Assembly (NCBI GenBank): GCA_007132825.1
Contig: SLNX01000186.1
Span: forward strand, 1 to 29,828
Length of the DNA: 29,828 nt
From: Bacteroidales bacterium
Lineage (GTDB): Bacteria > Bacteroidota > Bacteroidia > Bacteroidales > UBA7960
Direction: 5' to 3'
Both the position numbers and the translations under genes were made by a program. Below are positions 25,807-29,828 of the stretch, piece after piece; position 1 is the stretch's first letter, and each line of letters starts with the position of its first letter. A model generated the notes under the pieces. The model saw only the letters and a list, made by a program, of their open reading frames with translations, did no database searches and had not been told where the DNA came from.

Positions 25807-26496
25807 TTATTTTTCAGAAGTTTTCTTATTGGAGATCAACACCTCATCGATCATGCCGTAGTCTTTGGCTTCAACGGCTGTCATCCAGTAATCGCGGTCA
25901 GCATCTTCCCAGATCTTCTTATAATCTTGTTTTGAATGCATGGCAATGATCTCGTAGAGTTCCTTTTTGATCTTTTGGATCTCCCTGGCAGTAATCTCGA
26001 TATCTGAGGCCTGCCCTTCGGCACCACCCATCGGCTGATGGATCAGAATGCGGCTGTGCTTCAAAGCTGTGCGCTTGCCATCTGTTCCGGCGCTCAGCAA
26101 AACAGCCCCCATCGAAGCGGCCATCCCGGTACAGATCGTCGCAACATCGGGCGCAATGTACTGCATGGTATCATAAATGCCAAGACCGGCATAAACTGAT
26201 CCTCCGGGCGTATTAAGGTAAATCTGGATGTCTTTCTTTGGATCCACAGATTCCATATAAAGAAGCTGCGCCTGGATGATGTTGGCAACGTAATCGTTGA
26301 TAGGCACACCAAGAAATATAATTCTGTCCATCATCAAACGGCTGAATACATCCATGGTAGCCACATTCAATTGCCGCTCCTCAATAATGGTCGGACTGAT
26401 ATAATTGCCATATACCGAGGTATAGTCGTGCATGGTAATGCTGCTGATCCCCCTGTGACGGGTAGCATATTTATGAAAATCTTCTGCTCTGCTCAT
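25807..26496 (-). CDS. clpP: Clp protease proteolytic subunit ClpP
   Basis: [28 protein letters not shown] and DRDYWM. Confidence 0.98.
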   Translation of the reverse strand: MSRAEDFHKYATRHRGISSITMHDYTSVYGNYISPTIIEERQLNVATMDVFSRLMMDRIIFLGVPINDYVANIIQAQLLYMESVDPKKDIQIYLNTPGGSVYAGLGIYDTMQYIAPDVATICTGMAASMGAVLLSAGTDGKRTALKHSRILIHQPMGGAEGQASDIEITAREIQKIKKELYEIIAMHSKQDYKKIWEDADRDYWMTAVEAKDYGMIDEVLISNKKTSEK

Positions 26497-26499
26497 GTT

Positions 26500-27912
26500 T
26501 TATTCTTTTGGGTTTTCTTTTTCTGATTCTGCATTGGGTTCCTGGGTATCAGGACTGTATTTCTCGTTGACCATTTTTACATAGTCATCCATCTCCATAT
26601 GGATTTCGTTCAGTTTCAGTTTCTCTTTGAAAAGTGCCATCAGCTTTTTATCAAAAAGGTGATCATAAACCTTTTTTACCTCCTCTTGCTTGCTGCCCAG
26701 CTCTTTCACATATTTATCGAGTATTTCCTGGGGCAAATCCGTTTGGCCATACTGAGCCAGCTGCGCTTTGATAAAATACTCGAGCTCGCTGTTCACCTCT
26801 TCCGGTTTCACTTCAATCTCATATTTTTTGAGAAGATGGTTTTCGATGAGTTGCCATCTGAAGGTGTCGGCTGCTTTCTCAAACTCATCTTCCACCTTCT
26901 CAGCTGTGAGCTCCTCCTTGTTGTTTTCAAGAAGCCACTTCTTCAAAAATGACTCCGGCAAAGGCAGTTCTGTGATCCCGATCAATTTTTCTGAAACCAC
27001 ATTGCGAAAATGCTTGTCGACATCGGTCTGATATTGCATTTCAATCTGCTCTTCAACGAATTTCCTGAAATCCTCTTCCGTTTTGATCTCTTTTCCCGGA
27101 GCTACTTTGTCATAGAAAGCCTCATTCATCTCTGCCGGCTCAATTCTTGAGATGCTTTCGATCACGAACCTGAAAACCGGATTGTGGTCCTGGAGTTCCT
27201 CTTTTTTCAGCCCTACCATAGAGGCGGCTTCCGTTTCCGATTCAACCGCTTTCAGGATGTCTATATCCACCGTTGAACCCGGTTTTGCTCCGATCAGTTG
27301 TTCTTTGATCGCTTCATCCTTAATAAAGCGGATAAAGACATTGGTTTTATTGGTTTTTCCATCCTCTTTTGGGTTTCCGTTGTCGTCGAGCTCCGTAAAC
27401 TCCCCATAAAGCACATCCTCTGCTTCCGCAGTTCCTGGATTGATCATGTTTCCATGGCGCTTGCGTGCTTCGTTGATAAACTGATCGATAGATTCTTCAG
27501 CAACTTTAATCTTATGGTAATCAACTTCAATGGTATCAGAAAGTTCAAGCTCCACCTCCGGCGACAGACCGATACGGTATTGGAATTCGAATTCCTTTTG
27601 GTTGTCCCAGTCAATGTTTGCAGCGGCTTCATCGTCGGGCAACGGATTGCCGAGCACATTCAGTTTTTCCTCTTGAATGTATTTATACAATGCATCGGCC
27701 AGGATTTTATTGACCTCTTCCACCAGCACACTTTTGCCGTACATTTTGTTAACGAGGCCCATTGGTACTTTTCCCGGTCTGAATCCGGGCATTTGCATCT
27801 TTTTTTGTGCGTTTTTTAACTCTTTCGACACCTGCTCACGGTAATCCTCTTCGTTAAGTTTAATTTTTATGATCGCTTCCAGTTGGCCGGTGTTCTCTTT
27901 TACGATATCCAT
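26500..27912 (-). CDS. tig: Trigger factor
   Basis: Ribosome-binding signature MPGFRPGKVP, acidic composition and the tig-clpP-clpX gene order. Confidence 0.95.
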   Translation of the reverse strand: MDIVKENTGQLEAIIKIKLNEEDYREQVSKELKNAQKKMQMPGFRPGKVPMGLVNKMYGKSVLVEEVNKILADALYKYIQEEKLNVLGNPLPDDEAAANIDWDNQKEFEFQYRIGLSPEVELELSDTIEVDYHKIKVAEESIDQFINEARKRHGNMINPGTAEAEDVLYGEFTELDDNGNPKEDGKTNKTNVFIRFIKDEAIKEQLIGAKPGSTVDIDILKAVESETEAASMVGLKKEELQDHNPVFRFVIESISRIEPAEMNEAFYDKVAPGKEIKTEEDFRKFVEEQIEMQYQTDVDKHFRNVVSEKLIGITELPLPESFLKKWLLENNKEELTAEKVEDEFEKAADTFRWQLIENHLLKKYEIEVKPEEVNSELEYFIKAQLAQYGQTDLPQEILDKYVKELGSKQEEVKKVYDHLFDKKLMALFKEKLKLNEIHMEMDDYVKMVNEKYSPDTQEPNAESEKENPKE

Positions 27913-28043
27913 TTAGATTCAGATTTTTGTATGTTATTGATCAGGTTTTCCGGAACCATCGGTTTGATTTTGTTGTTGTGCTTTTTATATACCATTCAAA
28001 ATCAATCAGAAGGTTCACTTCAAGCCTTGAATATTTTGAGGCA

Positions 28044-28051
28044 CAAAGATA
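28044..28051 (-). promoter_or_regulatory. -7 box TATCTTTG for tig-clpP-clpX
   Basis: Exact match 131 nt upstream of the tig ATG. Confidence 0.55.
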
Positions 28052-28263
28052 GTATTTTTATGAAGACGAATTGATCTGATTTTGTTTTCCTGATGCCTTT
28101 AGCCCCTTTGGTTGATTCGTTGAATGGATAAATAGACGTGCCAAAGTCTTATATATTGCAACCCGAAGGGTCGAATATTGATCGCCATGCGCTAACAAAG
28201 AAAGCAGTTTCATTATGATGCGTTTTTTGCAGAAAACTCATATAAGTGGAAAGTTAAAAATGC

Positions 28264-28291
28264 AAAAAGCCCGGACCATCGATCCGGGCTT
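28264..28291 (-). terminator. Intrinsic terminator after tRNA-Lys
   Basis: Perfect 9-bp stem AAGCCCGGA/TCCGGGCTT with a 7-nt loop, followed by TTT. Confidence 0.8.
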
Positions 28292-28292
28292 G

Positions 28293-28365
28293 TGACCTGG
28301 CTGGGACTCGAACCCAGGACCCCATCCTTAAAAGGGATATGCTCTACCAACTGAGCTACCAAGTC
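28293..28365 (-). tRNA. tRNA-Lys(UUU)
   Basis: Acceptor stem GACTTGG/CCAGGTC, anticodon loop CT-TTT-AA and TTCGAGT T-loop. 73 nt; CCA is not encoded. Confidence 0.96.
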
Positions 28366-28400
28366 ATCAAAAAAATAAAATGCCTTATTTTTTGAGAGTG

Positions 28401-28431
28401 CAAAGATACCCCCATTATTGAAAAATGCAAA
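28401..28431 (-). promoter_or_regulatory. Complete Bacteroidota promoter TTTG-N19-TATCTTTG for tRNA-Lys
   Basis: -33 TTTG at 28428-28431 and -7 box at 28401-28408, at canonical spacing. Confidence 0.8.
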
Positions 28432-28463
28432 GGTTTTTTCAATTTTTTCGCGCAAAACACAGT

Positions 28464-28512
28464 GAAACCCTAAACCCTAAACCCTCAACTCTAAACCTTA
28501 CACCATTCAACC
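28464..28512 (+). repeat. Degenerate 7-nt tandem repeat (TAAACCC-like)
   Basis: GAAACCC TAAACCC TAAACCC TCAACTC TAAACCT TACACCA TTCAACC. Confidence 0.65.
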
Positions 28513-28537
28513 AAACATCCAATCAACATATTTCGGT

Positions 28538-28560
28538 GCACAGGTCAAGCCCTGTGCTAC
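28538..28560 (-). repeat. Solitary GTAG-type REP-like palindrome
   Basis: Minus strand GTAGCACAGG-GCTTGA-CCTGTGC: a perfect 7-bp stem that starts in a GTAG tetranucleotide, with no U-tract. Only one copy in the window. Confidence 0.35.
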
Positions 28561-28578
28561 AGGTGGAATCAGCAATGA

Positions 28579-29745
28579 TCAGTTAATTACGGGATGACGT
28601 TCAAAAACAAGTGTGTCATCAAACAGCTTCCGGTACGTGATCAATGTGTGCTCCCTTTTTGCGCCAATGTGATCCATCAATTTGATCATCTTCGGATTGA
28701 AATCACCGATCCAGGTAATGATTAAGGATTTGTAGTATTGCCTGGAAGCCACGGAATTTCTCAACTCCATGATCAGTCCGGTTTCCAGTCCGCGGTTCTG
28801 GTACTCCGGTATCACGCCGAAAACAATGCCATAAATCACCCTGCAAGCCCCTCGCCGTTTATGGTAAAGGAACTGCAGTTTTCCCAAAAGGTTCATTTTG
28901 CCTTTGATGCGTTTTAAAATTTGATTGATGTCGAGTATGTTAACAAAAAAAGCCACCGGCTCATTGTTGTGGTAAGCAAAGATCACCAGCTTTTCATCCA
29001 CGACGATGCGCATCTTTTTGAATGTATCGATTGCCTTTTCAAGCGTCATGGGTTGGAAATTCTCGTGAGCCTTACTCCATGCTTTATTATAAATGGTTAT
29101 AAAGTCTTTGGCATACTTTTCTATATTCTTTAGCTTTAGATGTTCAAAGTGGTATCCCTGGGTCTCAGTCAGCCGCTGAAACTTTTTTTCCATGATTGGC
29201 GGCAAAACGGTGTCGGCATATATCCGGTAAACGTATTGTTCATAGTAAGTCTGAAACCCATATGCTTCAAAATGCGCCCTGTAATATTGAGGATTGTAGC
29301 TTAACAGGTAGGGTCGCTCATTCTCAAAACCATCGACCATCAAACCCCAGTACCTGTCCTTTTCACCAAAATTGATCGGACCATCCATAGCCTGCATTCC
29401 CTGGTCATTGAGCCAACTTTTTGCCGTATCAAAAAGGAGAAAGGCAGCTTGCTGATCATCAATACACTCAAAAAAACCAAATCCACCGGTCGGTTGTTTG
29501 TAAGTGTAAGCAAGGTTGTTGTTAATAAACGCGGCAATGCGACCGATCAGCTTGCCTCCGGTGTTTTTCAGGACCCATCGCTTTAGAAAGCCTGACTTGA
29601 ATTGCTGGTTTTTCTCTGGGTCGAAAACGGCTTTTATGTCACTTTCCAGATGCGGAATCCAGCTTTTGTGATCTTTATAAATGATTTCCGGCACACGCAA
29701 AAAATCTTTTTCTGTATCTTTATCCTGAACTTCAATAATATGCAT
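28579..29745 (-). CDS. YghO-like GNAT-fold protein of unknown function
   Basis: GRIAAF, GFGFFECIDD, MDGPINF, YNPQYY and GVIPEYQNRG (GNAT motif A). Confidence 0.72.
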   Translation of the reverse strand: MHIIEVQDKDTEKDFLRVPEIIYKDHKSWIPHLESDIKAVFDPEKNQQFKSGFLKRWVLKNTGGKLIGRIAAFINNNLAYTYKQPTGGFGFFECIDDQQAAFLLFDTAKSWLNDQGMQAMDGPINFGEKDRYWGLMVDGFENERPYLLSYNPQYYRAHFEAYGFQTYYEQYVYRIYADTVLPPIMEKKFQRLTETQGYHFEHLKLKNIEKYAKDFITIYNKAWSKAHENFQPMTLEKAIDTFKKMRIVVDEKLVIFAYHNNEPVAFFVNILDINQILKRIKGKMNLLGKLQFLYHKRRGACRVIYGIVFGVIPEYQNRGLETGLIMELRNSVASRQYYKSLIITWIGDFNPKMIKLMDHIGAKREHTLITYRKLFDDTLVFERHPVIN

Positions 29746-29818
29746 ATGAATGGCTTTGGATGAATCGTGTTTAATAATGAAGGGATAAAAATAATGATTT
29801 CTCTTTGAAAAAATCTCG

Positions 29819-29826
29819 TAGGTTTG
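29819..29826 (+). promoter_or_regulatory. -7 box TAGGTTTG for a gene beyond the window
   Basis: Exact TAnnTTTG match, preceded by the same A-tract-TCYCG context seen at efp and wzx. Confidence 0.5.
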
Positions 29827-29828
29827 TA

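Noticed and set aside
1193-27819. Long antisense ORFs (1193-1795, 3697-4377, 7232-7807, 12163-12666, 21529-22011, 23985-24521, 24914-25612, 27298-27819) and other short track ORFs
   Set aside because: All lie opposite or within well-supported genes and show no recognisable motifs. They are consistent with codon-bias shadows.
28215-28295. 26-aa plus-strand ORF (MMRFLQKTH...) downstream of tRNA-Lys
   Set aside because: It runs through the terminator hairpin and looks like a typical spurious ORF.
28464-28498. Plant telomere contamination or misassembly
   Set aside because: Only two perfect units, embedded between a bacterial tRNA promoter and an intact bacterial gene.
1-29828. CRISPR arrays, IS elements, riboswitches, rRNA
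   Set aside because: I saw no repeat-spacer periodicity, transposase ORFs or recognisable riboswitch/rRNA motifs by eye. An Rfam/Infernal scan of the long spacers (11194-11435, 22226-22391, 27913-28263) would be decisive.

Overview
This is a gene-dense chromosomal segment from a Bacteroidota bacterium. The assignment rests on a fused lpxC/fabZ, porX, DUF4294 and many TAnnTTTG -7 promoter boxes. Left to right: a partial porX divergent from an HD phosphohydrolase; a lipid A run (lpxD, lpxC/fabZ, lpxA) followed by a short ABC ATPase, efp and a second lpxD-like gene; a convergent ccmB-C-D-E haem-delivery operon with a CxxxY-type CcmE and a 51-aa ccmD missing from the ORF track; an orphan GAF histidine kinase; tRNA-His; a five-gene surface-glycan cluster (GINT1-like propeller protein, GNAT, Wzx flippase, GT4, Cys-less AsnB-like ligase); a thioredoxin; an orphan DppC-type permease; pcm; a GnnA/WbpB-like oxidoreductase; an initiating sugar-phosphate transferase; DUF4294; clpX-clpP-tig; tRNA-Lys; and a YghO-like GNAT. 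I saw no CRISPR array, integrase, transposase or frameshifted gene. Most of the window is conserved housekeeping DNA. The best leads are the glycan-tailoring cluster, a possible displaced CcmA inside the lipid A operon, a possible diaminoglucose lipid A pathway, the efp-lpxD2 unit and several non-coding motifs. All family calls come from motif recognition by eye; no database searches were run.
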